From: an uncultured Acidobacteriota bacterium
GTDB lineage: Bacteria; Acidobacteriota; Terriglobia; Acidiferrales; UBA7541
Assembly: GCA_963745095.1 (NCBI GenBank)
Contig: CAVUWC010000005.1
Coordinates: forward strand, 340,581 to 404,580
Direction of reading: 5' to 3'
Length of the DNA stretch: 64,000 bases
Shown: in pieces, positions 9,858 to 18,341 of the stretch
Numbering within the stretch: the first letter of the stretch is position 1
Layout: each line of letters begins with the position of its first letter
Notes under the pieces: generated by a model
The model's input: only the letters and a program-made list of their open reading frames with translations
Told to the model about the DNA's origin: nothing
The model's database searches: none
Translations under genes and position numbers: made by a program

Positions 9858-9975
9858 GGTTGCTCCGTCAGGAGTACTCATTGCGCGCAGCTTAAGCCTG
9901 GCAGGAAGGATATGGCAAGCGACAAAGTACGACGATGGCACGAAATCGTGTCGTTAGTTTAGGGCGCGATTTAAC

Positions 9976-11472
9976 CTACTGAACGTGGGCGTCGAAGACG
10001 CCAGTCTGGACTTGCCCCGCGCGTTTGACTTGCACAAAAATCCGATACTCACCGGCCTTCGGGAATCCGTAGGGGAAACTCACCTCTGGCGCCAATGCCG
10101 CCGGCTTCATCGACATCGCCATGGACATACTGCCCTGCATGGCCGCTCCGCCAGGACCTTCCGCGTCAGGCCCCGCACTCGCCAATCCCAGCGCCGCCAT
10201 CGAAACCGACCCTGCTGGATGAATATGCGCGAACACGCTCATGTCCGAACTCACGAACTCCGCGTGCCCGGCCATTCCCATGTACGGTTCCATGTCTTGA
10301 ACCGGCTTTCCATCCTTGTCCTCAACATGGAACTTGAAAACCATCGATGTATTTGCGACCAGCGGTGCGCTTCCCTTTTCCCAAACAATCCGTCCACCAT
10401 CCGCTAGCTGAGCGACGCTAACATCCGCCGCCTGCGTGGCCAGCGGAGATCCAGTCCACGAAGAGTCATCTCCAGCAAGCGGTTTCCCACTTATCTGCGG
10501 AAGATCTACCTGCCCCACCAGCGTCCACGGAAATCCCGCTTTGTCTACGATGTCCGCAAAAACTTCGTAATGCCCCGCCGGCATGCTCGGCAAATCATCC
10601 ATAAACGCTCCGCCATCCCCGCGCTCTGGATGCAGGTGCCACATGCGGTCCATTCCCGGTGTGCTGATCAAAAACAGATGCATCAGATGATTGTGGTCGG
10701 GAATCACGTCTTCCATATTTACTTCTTTCGACCACGCCGGATCCTGTCCCTTCGCTCGAATTACCAGCCGATTTCCGTTTTGCAGTTCCGTTTCCGCTAG
10801 CGGCGGCTTGAAGAAACTAACCGTTCGTCTGTAGTTTGTGGCTTCCGCGCCCCACCAAGCTTTTCCGAGAAAAAGAATCCCGACCACAACGACCGCTGCA
10901 ATCGCCATCACAATTCTTGCTCGCCTCTTCTTCGCCGCCGACGGCTTTTCGCCGGGCTCCAGATTTCCCTCGCGCGCCGCAGCTCCTGCGATGAACACCA
11001 GTCCCACCGCGAGAAACACCATTAAGAATCCCAGCAATCCCCCCAGCGAACGTTCCATCGGCAACGTTCTCTGCGCAAACGCCGGCACCGGCACAGCCAG
11101 CTCGCCCTTCCCCTTGCTTCCCTGCACGGAAACGCGCACTTTCAGCGCACCGGATTCCATCAGCCATAAACTTCCCGTGAAAAATTGCGGGTCCTGCTTC
11201 GACCGCTCCGCCACGTCAGGAGTCGGAGGAAAGTTTGACCCCGCCCCGCTCAACCTCATTGGCACAATCTCGATCTTCTCGACATCATTCAAAGCACTTC
11301 GTACCTCAATCTCCGCGATTCCCGGAATCACTTGCGGCACGCGCACCGTCACATAAAGGTGATACGGCCCGGCGTCTCCCTCAAAAAACACATCCGAACT
11401 TCCAACGTGGGCGCTCACCGAAAGCGCCACCACCAACACCAGTACAAAAATCCCCGCCATCCGTCGACGCAT
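9976..11472 (-). CDS. Exported/membrane-anchored protein with Met/His-rich Ig-like domains, putative metal (copper?) binding
   Basis: ORF 9976-11610 trimmed to the ATG at 11472, preceded by AAGGAG 6 nt upstream. It has a signal peptide (MRRRMAGIFVLVLVVALSVSAHV) and two internal TM helices. Metal-ligand-like motifs include HNHLMHLFLIS..MWHLHPE, MGMAGHAEFVS..FAHIHPAGS and MQGSMSMAMSM. The C-terminal beta-sandwich-like end reads YRIFVQVKRAGQVQTGVFDAHV. The function is inferred only. Confidence 0.55.
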   Translation of the reverse strand: MRRRMAGIFVLVLVVALSVSAHVGSSDVFFEGDAGPYHLYVTVRVPQVIPGIAEIEVRSALNDVEKIEIVPMRLSGAGSNFPPTPDVAERSKQDPQFFTGSLWLMESGALKVRVSVQGSKGKGELAVPVPAFAQRTLPMERSLGGLLGFLMVFLAVGLVFIAGAAAREGNLEPGEKPSAAKKRRARIVMAIAAVVVVGILFLGKAWWGAEATNYRRTVSFFKPPLAETELQNGNRLVIRAKGQDPAWSKEVNMEDVIPDHNHLMHLFLISTPGMDRMWHLHPERGDGGAFMDDLPSMPAGHYEVFADIVDKAGFPWTLVGQVDLPQISGKPLAGDDSSWTGSPLATQAADVSVAQLADGGRIVWEKGSAPLVANTSMVFKFHVEDKDGKPVQDMEPYMGMAGHAEFVSSDMSVFAHIHPAGSVSMAALGLASAGPDAEGPGGAAMQGSMSMAMSMKPAALAPEVSFPYGFPKAGEYRIFVQVKRAGQVQTGVFDAHVQ

Positions 11473-11498
11473 ACCACTCCTTAGTACCATCGCCATCT

Positions 11499-11522
11499 GT
11501 AGGGGCGGGGCTTGCCCCGCCC
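11499..11522 (+). repeat. REP-like palindromic element, class A (GTAGGGGCGGGGCTTGCCCCGCCC)
   Basis: A GTAG head is followed by a perfect 8-bp stem (GGGCGGGG/CCCCGCCC) with loop CTTG. It is intergenic and identical to the copy at 56556-56579. Confidence 0.75.
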
Positions 11523-11576
11523 TTCGATCCGCCGCACACCCAAGCGTTCCCTCACGGTAACTCTCCGGTTTCACTC

Positions 11577-12251
11577 TTATCTTCTCATCCGCCTCATCCA
11601 ATCGCCCCACGCCAATCCCAGCCGCGCCGTAATCACACTAAATACCATCGCAAACGCCATCAGTTTCCAAAAAAGGGGGCCCGCTTCTCCACCGTTAAAT
11701 TTGTATGGATCATAAAGAAAATTCGCAGGGTCAAAATACGCAAAGTACCCCATCCCGAAAATCCAATTCCGAGCCCCGGGCGACATCAGAAAATCGGCAA
11801 ATGGCCATTGCGCCGCCAGAAAAGTCAGCACAAATATCGGCCCCGTGATCGCCGCAAGTTTCCATCTTCCCGACTCTCCCGTCTTGCGCCACAAGAGATC
11901 CAGCACAATCGCCGGCACAATCAGCAGCAGCGGAAAATGCAGCGGCACCAAATGCGTGATGTGCTGATAGACCGGACCCAGCTTCGGTTCCGCGGGAAAG
12001 AGCGGCAGAATCCACTCAAACGCCAGCAATATTGCCGTATAGATCCCCGCCACCGCCGTACAGCCCCATCGCCACTGCGACGCCCATGCAGGCGCAATCA
12101 GCACCGCCGGGACCGCAATCGCCACCGCCAGATAGCACGCCGCTTTGTGCATCTCGCTAGGCCAAGTGCTCGTCGTCAGAATCGTTCCCATCTGCGCGAC
12201 GCAAGTTGCCCCAACATAGAGCAATAGCCATCTCAGCGTTCGTCGCCACAC
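11577..12251 (-). CDS. Polytopic membrane protein, distal part (possibly the 3' half of a frameshifted gene)
   Basis: 224-aa ORF with a GTG start at 12251, containing several TM helices. Its reading frame is open back to 12266 and overlaps the upstream ORF by 95 nt. An alternative independent start is the ATG at 12152 (MHKAACYLAVA...). Confidence 0.55.
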   Translation of the reverse strand: MWRRTLRWLLLYVGATCVAQMGTILTTSTWPSEMHKAACYLAVAIAVPAVLIAPAWASQWRWGCTAVAGIYTAILLAFEWILPLFPAEPKLGPVYQHITHLVPLHFPLLLIVPAIVLDLLWRKTGESGRWKLAAITGPIFVLTFLAAQWPFADFLMSPGARNWIFGMGYFAYFDPANFLYDPYKFNGGEAGPLFWKLMAFAMVFSVITARLGLAWGDWMRRMRR

Positions 12252-12801
12252 TTTCCGACGCGCGGCTCACCAACCCCGCCATCAGCGCCATCAACCCAAT
12301 CTTGATCGTCAGCGAACCCAACGAGAGCAGCGTATGCGGCGGACTCAAAATCTTCACGTCCAGCCCATACGCGTTGTGCCACCAATTGTCGAACGGCGCC
12401 GACGTCAGCATCGCAATGCAGCCCCATACGGCAATGAACGCCCCAAGTGGCCCGCGGAAACCCCAAATCTTCACCGACGTTTCCTGTGTCGCCGCGTTGT
12501 GCCCAAACGTGGTCGTCAAAATCATGTAAGCGCATGCAATTCCAACGAGCACGCCCGTCAACTGAATCATGATGTGCGCCGGCGTCCAGAACGTGTCGCG
12601 CCCAATCGACATATGCCAGGCAATATCCCACGGCCCGCCAATCATTCCGCACGCCACGCCCGCAACCATGCACCAAATCGTCCACGGTACAGATTCCACT
12701 CGGGCCACGGAACCAACCCGCGCGGCCATCGGCGGTCTCGCAATATGTTGTCCAAAAGGGATGGATTGTCCCATCGCTCGCCACTCCTCTGCCGCCACCA
12801 C
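12157..12801 (-). CDS. Polytopic membrane protein, proximal part (repeated WH..G.D..W.P.H motifs)
   Basis: 214-aa ORF with TM helices and the motifs PWDIAWHMSIGRDTFWTPAHIM and WWHNAYGLDVKILSPPHTLL. Its last ~30 residues (VATNAEMAIALCWGNLRRADGNDSDDEHLA) look non-membrane and overlap the next ORF. Confidence 0.55.
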   Translation of the reverse strand: MVAAEEWRAMGQSIPFGQHIARPPMAARVGSVARVESVPWTIWCMVAGVACGMIGGPWDIAWHMSIGRDTFWTPAHIMIQLTGVLVGIACAYMILTTTFGHNAATQETSVKIWGFRGPLGAFIAVWGCIAMLTSAPFDNWWHNAYGLDVKILSPPHTLLSLGSLTIKIGLMALMAGLVSRASESVATNAEMAIALCWGNLRRADGNDSDDEHLA

Positions 12802-13022
12802 TGGCGGTATTTTCTCAGCCTTGCGGCGAGTCTACACCCCGCCGTCCATTCTGCAAACCACCAGCCCGCAACGCCGTCACCCACATTCCCATTACGTAAT
12901 AATCTCCATTTTGTTGCGTCTTGAAACTAGATGGAACATTCAGACCGCTTCTTCGTCTTTCATAGTGCGGGCTATGCCGACAATCTCATTTTTGTATCGC
13001 TCAGCCCCAGGGGACACCGTCC

Positions 13023-15494
13023 ATGCGAACTTTCTTAGCTCATCTGAAGCAAGTCTTCCGCCGCCTGGCTCACGCCCCGCTATTCACCGTCATCACGCTA
13101 ATCACGCTGGCGGCCGGCGTCGGTGGCAACACAGTGGTCTTCAGCGTTCTCGAGGGCGTCCTCCTCAAGCCGCTTCCCTATCCGAACCCCAACGAACTGA
13201 TCGGCGTCTGGCACTCCGCCCCCGGTATCAACATCACCGACCTCAACATGGCGCCCTCCAACTACTTCATCTATCGCGAGCAAAATCAAACTTTTGTGGA
13301 CATTGGAATCTACAACCGTGACGCCGTCAGCATTACCGGCGTTGCTGAACCCGAGCGTCTCTCCGCTCTTGACGTTACCGACGGCACGCTTCCTTTGCTC
13401 GGCATTGCTCCAATGCTGGGGCGTTCCTTCACGCGCCAGGACGATTCACCCGGCGCCCCGGACACTGCGGTCATTACGTATGGTTTTTGGAAAAAGAAAT
13501 TCGGTGGCTCCAGTTCCGTCATCGGCCAATCCATCACTTTGGATGGCAAGCCGCGCGAAATTATCGGTGTCCTTCCTCAGCGCTTCCACTTTCTTGATTG
13601 GGACGATCCCGACGTACTCCTCCCCTTGAAATGGGACCGTAACAAGACCTTCCTCGGCAATTTCAGCTTCGAAGGGATTGCCCGCCTTAAGCCTGGCGTC
13701 ACCATGGAACAGGCCAGTGCGGACATCGCTCGCATGTTGCCGATTGTTTCGCAAACGTTTCCCGCCCCTCCCGGATTCAGCGCCAAGATTTTTGAGCAGG
13801 CACGCATTGGCCCGAATCTCCGCCCGTTGAAAACGGACGTCATCGGCGACGTTGGCAGCACGCTCTGGGTACTTATGGGCTCTATCGGCCTCGTCCTGCT
13901 CATCGCATGCGCGAACGTTGCGAACCTCCTCCTCGTCCGCGTCGAAGGCCGCCGGCAGGAATTGGCCGTTCGCTCAGCCCTAGGCGCCAGCCCGTACCGC
14001 ATCGCCGGCGAACTACTTCTTGAAAGTATTACGCTTGGCTTTCTAGGCAGCGCGCTCGGATTGGGGCTTGCTTACGCAGCCTTGCGCGTTCTGGTTCTCG
14101 TTGCGCCTGACGGCCTTCCGCGCATCAATGAAATCGGCATCGACGGTCCCGTTTTGCTATTCACTTTTGCCATTTCGATTCTTGCAAGCGTGCTGTTCGG
14201 CTGTATTCCCATTTTCAAATATGCCGGCGTGCGCCTCAGCACTGGCATTCGCCAAGGCGGCCGCGCCAATAGCGGCAGCCGCGAGCAACACCGCGCCCGC
14301 AGCATTCTCGTCGTCGTGCAAGTCGCCCTCGCGCTGGTTCTTCTGATCTGCTCGGGCCTGATGATCCGCACGTTCCGCGCGCTCACCCACGTCAATCCCG
14401 GCTTCTCTCAGCCCGCACAACTGCAAACCTTCCGTATCGGCATTCCAGACAATCAAGTCAAAGACAACGAAAGCGTTGTTCGCGCATACGAGGCGATGCG
14501 GAGCAAAATCGCCGCAATTCCCGGGGTTTCAGCAGTCACCGTTTCCACCGCGTTCCCCATGGACGGCAACGGCAGCAATGATCTCGTCTTTGCACAGGAT
14601 CGCCCTTACTCCGAAGGACAAATTCCCCCCATTCGCCGGTTCGTATTCGTCATTCCAGGCTTTTTCTCAACCCAAGGAACTCCCTTGGTTGCGGGGCGTG
14701 ATTTTACCTGGACCGACATCTACAAGACACTTCCTGTCGCTATCATTTCTGAGAATTTCGCACGCGAGTATTGGGATTCTCCCGCCAACGCCATCGGCAA
14801 ACGCATTCGCGTCGCCAGCACGGACGACTGGCGGGAAATTGTGGGCGTCGCCGCGAATGTTTATCAAGATGGAGTCGCCAAGGATCCTCCGTCCATGGTC
14901 TATTGGCCCATCATGCGCGTGCGCTTCGAGGGCCAGGCGCAAGACGTCGCGAACTATACAGCTTTCGGCATTCGCAGCCCGCGCGCCGGCTCGGAATCTT
15001 TCTTAAAGGAAGTCCGCGAAGCGGTCTGGTCCGTGAATCCCAATCTTCCACTCTCGCGAATGAATACCCTCGGCTATTACTACACGCATTCCATGGCACG
15101 CACTTCGTTCACTCTCATCATGCTCGCCGTCGCCGGAGGCATGGCTCTACTCCTCGGCGTCGTCGGCATCTACGGGGTCATCGCCTGCTCCGTCTCGCAG
15201 CGCGTCCGCGAAATAGGCATCCGCATGGCTCTCGGCGCTCAGCATCAGTCCGTCACCCGCATGTTCATCCGCCACGGACTCATCCTCACTGGCATCGGTG
15301 CCGCTTTCGGACTGGTAGCCGCCGCCATCGTCATGCGCCTGATGTCTTCGCTGCTCTTCCACGTAAATCCGGTTGACCCTATAACCTACGCCGCAGTAAC
15401 CCTCGGCCTCATCTTCACCGCCTTCATAGCCAGCTATTTACCCTCGCGCCGCGCCGCCACGGTCGATCCAGTCGAAGCCCTCCGCGCCGAATAG
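13023..15494 (+). CDS. ADOP-type duplicated FtsX/MacB-like ABC permease
   Basis: 823 aa made of two MacB-like periplasmic domains, each followed by an FtsX-type 4-TM module (...REIGIRMALGAQHQSVTRMF...RRAATVDPVEALRAE). This is the architecture typical of acidobacterial duplicated orphan permeases. There is no adjacent ATPase or PadR gene. Confidence 0.88.
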   Translation: MRTFLAHLKQVFRRLAHAPLFTVITLITLAAGVGGNTVVFSVLEGVLLKPLPYPNPNELIGVWHSAPGINITDLNMAPSNYFIYREQNQTFVDIGIYNRDAVSITGVAEPERLSALDVTDGTLPLLGIAPMLGRSFTRQDDSPGAPDTAVITYGFWKKKFGGSSSVIGQSITLDGKPREIIGVLPQRFHFLDWDDPDVLLPLKWDRNKTFLGNFSFEGIARLKPGVTMEQASADIARMLPIVSQTFPAPPGFSAKIFEQARIGPNLRPLKTDVIGDVGSTLWVLMGSIGLVLLIACANVANLLLVRVEGRRQELAVRSALGASPYRIAGELLLESITLGFLGSALGLGLAYAALRVLVLVAPDGLPRINEIGIDGPVLLFTFAISILASVLFGCIPIFKYAGVRLSTGIRQGGRANSGSREQHRARSILVVVQVALALVLLICSGLMIRTFRALTHVNPGFSQPAQLQTFRIGIPDNQVKDNESVVRAYEAMRSKIAAIPGVSAVTVSTAFPMDGNGSNDLVFAQDRPYSEGQIPPIRRFVFVIPGFFSTQGTPLVAGRDFTWTDIYKTLPVAIISENFAREYWDSPANAIGKRIRVASTDDWREIVGVAANVYQDGVAKDPPSMVYWPIMRVRFEGQAQDVANYTAFGIRSPRAGSESFLKEVREAVWSVNPNLPLSRMNTLGYYYTHSMARTSFTLIMLAVAGGMALLLGVVGIYGVIACSVSQRVREIGIRMALGAQHQSVTRMFIRHGLILTGIGAAFGLVAAAIVMRLMSSLLFHVNPVDPITYAAVTLGLIFTAFIASYLPSRRAATVDPVEALRAE

Positions 15495-15585
15495 GCACCC
15501 AACGCTGCTCTGCGGCACGTCCCTTATTCGAGGTGGGTGACCCTCGCCCTCCAGTGCGCTTTCGCTGTATCCTCCGAACAGCCCC

Positions 15586-16806
15586 ATGAACCGCGTTTAT
15601 CTCGATTACAACGCTACGACTCCCGTCGAGCCTCAAGTCCTCGACGCCATGCTTTCCTATTTCTCCGCCGATTTCGCGAACGCTTCCTCCATCCACACGC
15701 CCGGCCAACGCGCCCGCTCTGCCGTCGAAACCGCTCGCGAACAGGTCGCTGCCCTCATCGGAGCCAAGCCCCAGGAAATCGTCTTCACCAGCGGCGGCAC
15801 CGAATCCGACAACCACGCCATCTTCGGTGTTGTCGCCGCCAAGGTGGGACAGGCATTCCTGCCTGTCTCCCCTGTCTCTGACTCCTTTGCTACCAACGCG
15901 CCACACATCGTCACCATCGCGATCGAACACGAAGCCGTGCTAAACGCGTGCCAAGCCGCAGAGAAGCAAGGGGTCGACGTTACGTATCTTCCGGTCGATC
16001 GCGACGGGCGCGTCGATCCCGAAGCCATTCGCCAATCGATCCGCCCCGAGATCGCTCTCATTACCGTGATGCACGCCAACAACGAACTCGGCACCATCCA
16101 GCCGCTCGAAGCAATCGGTCGTATCGCCAAAGAACACAAAGTCTATTTCCACACGGACGCGGTCCAGTCCGCCGGAAAAATTCCGATCGACGTAAACGCA
16201 CTTAACGTAGATCTGCTTTCCCTCTCCGGCCACAAGCTCTACGCCCCCAAAGGCATCGGCGCTCTCTATGTCCGAAGCGGAACTCGTTTGCGCCAATTTC
16301 TCTACGGAGGCCACCATCAGCGTGGCTTCCGCCCCGGGACGGAAAACGTCGCGGGAATCGTAGGACTCGGCAAGGCAGCGGAGCTCGCACAAACCTCTCT
16401 TGTGAGCGATGCGCAGCTAGTCTCAACCCTGCGCGACAAACTCGAACGCGGCTTGCTCGATCGCGTGCCGCAGGTTGGTGTCAACGGCAGCGGCGCTTCG
16501 CGCACTCCCAACACAACAAACCTCATGTTTTCAGGCATCGATGGCGAAGCTTTGGTCATTGCCCTCGACTTGAGGGGCCTAGCCTGCTCGGTCGGCGCAG
16601 CCTGTTCCTCCGGAGCCGTCGAGCCATCGCACGTCCTCACCGCCATCGGCCTCTCCCAAGAAGAAGCCAAATCCAGCCTGCGCTTCAGCCTCGGCCGTCA
16701 CACCACCCAGTCCGAAATCGACTTCGCGCTGGAAGTCATTCCAGCTGCCGTAGCTCACCTGCGCACGTTCTCACCCACCTACCAAAAGGCCGCCTCCCAT
16801 GTCTAA
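15586..16806 (+). CDS. Cysteine desulfurase (NifS/IscS family)
   Basis: 406 aa with the PLP-lysine motif SLSGHKLYAPKGIGALYVR and the active-site loop SVGAACSSGA. It lies immediately upstream of mnmA. Confidence 0.92.
   Translation: MNRVYLDYNATTPVEPQVLDAMLSYFSADFANASSIHTPGQRARSAVETAREQVAALIGAKPQEIVFTSGGTESDNHAIFGVVAAKVGQAFLPVSPVSDSFATNAPHIVTIAIEHEAVLNACQAAEKQGVDVTYLPVDRDGRVDPEAIRQSIRPEIALITVMHANNELGTIQPLEAIGRIAKEHKVYFHTDAVQSAGKIPIDVNALNVDLLSLSGHKLYAPKGIGALYVRSGTRLRQFLYGGHHQRGFRPGTENVAGIVGLGKAAELAQTSLVSDAQLVSTLRDKLERGLLDRVPQVGVNGSGASRTPNTTNLMFSGIDGEALVIALDLRGLACSVGAACSSGAVEPSHVLTAIGLSQEEAKSSLRFSLGRHTTQSEIDFALEVIPAAVAHLRTFSPTYQKAASHV
15844..15867 (+). repeat. REP-like palindrome (GTGG-headed: GTGGGACAGGCATTCCTGCCTGTC) embedded in frame in the cysteine desulfurase gene
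   Basis: A GTGG head is followed by a perfect 8-bp stem (GACAGGCA/TGCCTGTC) with loop TTCC. It encodes ...KVGQAFLPV... within a segment that looks like an extra loop between the conserved TESDN..AI and HIVT..IEH blocks. Confidence 0.55.
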
Positions 16807-16919
16807 CCCCGCGTCTCTTCTCTGCGAATCCTCTGTGAGCTCTGCGTCTCTGCTTTATCTTTTCTCTTTGCCCGTCCCGTGCGCCCCATCGCCGAATCCG
16901 GTAAACTAGAATCATCACA

Positions 16920-18071
16920 ATGAACGCCGCAACTGAATTCGACACGCTTCCAACGCGCGAGGAAACGCAGCGCGGCCTCGTTGCTATTGCCATGTCAGGC
17001 GGCGTAGATTCCTCCGCCGTCGCGGCCGTCCTCCAGGAACAAGGACGCCCCATCGTTGGCCTTACCATGCAACTCTGGAATCAGCGCCGCCTCCCCGAAC
17101 TTCAAGGCGAAGGCCCCAAGCAGCACCGCTGCTGCTCGCTCGACGATGTCTACGACGCCAAACGCGTCGCGCAGCATCTGAATTTTCCGCATTACGTGGT
17201 GAATTTCGAGGAGCAGTTCGAGCGGCGTGTCGTGCGCCCGTTCGTCGACCAATACCTCGCCGGCCGCACCCCCATCGCATGCACCAACTGCAACACCGAC
17301 GTAAAGTTTGAGCCGTTATTGCGCATGGCGCGCCAGATCGGCGCTGAGCGTCTGGCCACCGGCCACTACGCGCGCATTCACAAGAACGACCACACCGGCC
17401 GCTGGGAACTCTTGCGCGCTCGCGATGACAGCAAGGATCAATCGTATTTTCTTTGGGGGCTTTCGCAGGAACAGCTTTCGCGCAGCGAATTCCCGCTAGG
17501 CGAGTTGACCAAGGAAGAAGTCCGCGAACTCGCCCGCCGCACAAATCTTCCCGTGGCCGAAAAGCCGGAAAGCATGGAGCTTTGCTTTGTTCCTACCGGC
17601 AACTACGTTCAGTTCATCCAGGCCTATTCAAGGGACGCCGGAATTTCTTTTTCGAAAAGCGAAGGCGAGATTGTTACGGAAGATGGCGCCGTCGTCGGCC
17701 ATCACGATGGCGTCCACAATTTCACGATCGGACAGCGCAAAGGTCTTGGCTTCTCCGCGGGCAAGCCGCTCTATGTGCTCTCCATCGACCCGAAGAAAAA
17801 TCGGGTGGTAGTCGGCGATGACGACGCGCTTCGCACAACGTCGTTTGAAGTAAGCGGCGTAAATTGGGTTTCGATCGAACAGCCCTCAAGCCCCGTCCGC
17901 GCAACTGTAAAAATCCGGCACAAGCACGAACCCGCAGCCGCAACTGTCGAGCCGCTTGAATCAACAACCGCCAGAATTACCTTTGATGCCCCCCAGCGCG
18001 CCATAACACCAGGCCAAGGCGCAGTCTTCTACGATGGCGACCGCGTCCTCGGCGGCGCCTGGATTAAATAA
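16920..18071 (+). CDS. mnmA: tRNA 2-thiouridine(34) synthase MnmA
   Basis: 383 aa with the PP-loop AMSGGVDSSAVAA and MnmA-like sequence along its full length (CCSLDDVYDAKRVAQHLNFPHYVVNF...). Confidence 0.93.
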   Translation: MNAATEFDTLPTREETQRGLVAIAMSGGVDSSAVAAVLQEQGRPIVGLTMQLWNQRRLPELQGEGPKQHRCCSLDDVYDAKRVAQHLNFPHYVVNFEEQFERRVVRPFVDQYLAGRTPIACTNCNTDVKFEPLLRMARQIGAERLATGHYARIHKNDHTGRWELLRARDDSKDQSYFLWGLSQEQLSRSEFPLGELTKEEVRELARRTNLPVAEKPESMELCFVPTGNYVQFIQAYSRDAGISFSKSEGEIVTEDGAVVGHHDGVHNFTIGQRKGLGFSAGKPLYVLSIDPKKNRVVVGDDDALRTTSFEVSGVNWVSIEQPSSPVRATVKIRHKHEPAAATVEPLESTTARITFDAPQRAITPGQGAVFYDGDRVLGGAWIK

Positions 18072-18078
18072 GTGATAC

Positions 18079-18099
18079 CCGGCTCAGATTCCGAGCCGG
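18079..18099 (+). terminator. Stem-loop just after the mnmA stop
   Basis: CCGGCTC-agattcc-GAGCCGG forms a 7-bp stem beginning 8 nt after the stop codon. There is no clear T-tract. Confidence 0.4.
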
Positions 18100-18216
18100 C
18101 GAGCCAACAGAATGAAGTTAAGAAGTACCGAGGTAATGAGAAGACAGAAAAAAGGAATCCCTAAACCGGGATACCTAACAAAGGTCCGCAAAAAAGAACG
18201 CCCAACAAGGGAAGAG

Positions 18217-18316
18217 GAGTTTCGAGTTTCGAGTTTCGAGTTTCGAGTTTCGAGTTTCGAGTTTCGAGTTTCGAGTTTCGAGTTTCGAGTTTCGAGTTTC
18301 GAGTTTCGAGTTTCGA
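18217..18316. repeat. Perfect heptanucleotide microsatellite, (GAGTTTC)x14 plus 2 nt
   Basis: Counted directly: 100 nt of uninterrupted 7-nt periodicity. It lies in the convergent intergenic region between mnmA (+) and the 18342-18851 gene (-), ending 25 nt beyond the latter's stop. Confidence 0.97.
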
Positions 18317-18341
18317 CTGTTAACAGCCGACTGTCGACTTC

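Noticed and set aside
7848-9941. Longer N-terminal extensions given in the ORF track (also 9976-11610, 24298-25005, 29310-31250, 35895-36896, 44304-45104)
   Set aside because: Internal ATGs give canonical signal peptides or conserved N-termini and have Shine-Dalgarno sequences (for example AAGGAG before 11472 and AGGAG before 44358). The extensions overlap upstream genes or REP elements.
11235-12227. Long antisense ORFs (this one, and for example 47705-48748, 33438-34457, 30060-31043, 1052-1492)
   Set aside because: They lie opposite well-supported genes (membrane protein, pyrG, deoB, kinase, pilQ). They are Arg/Pro/His-rich with no recognisable motifs. This is the typical shadow-ORF artefact of high-G+C DNA.
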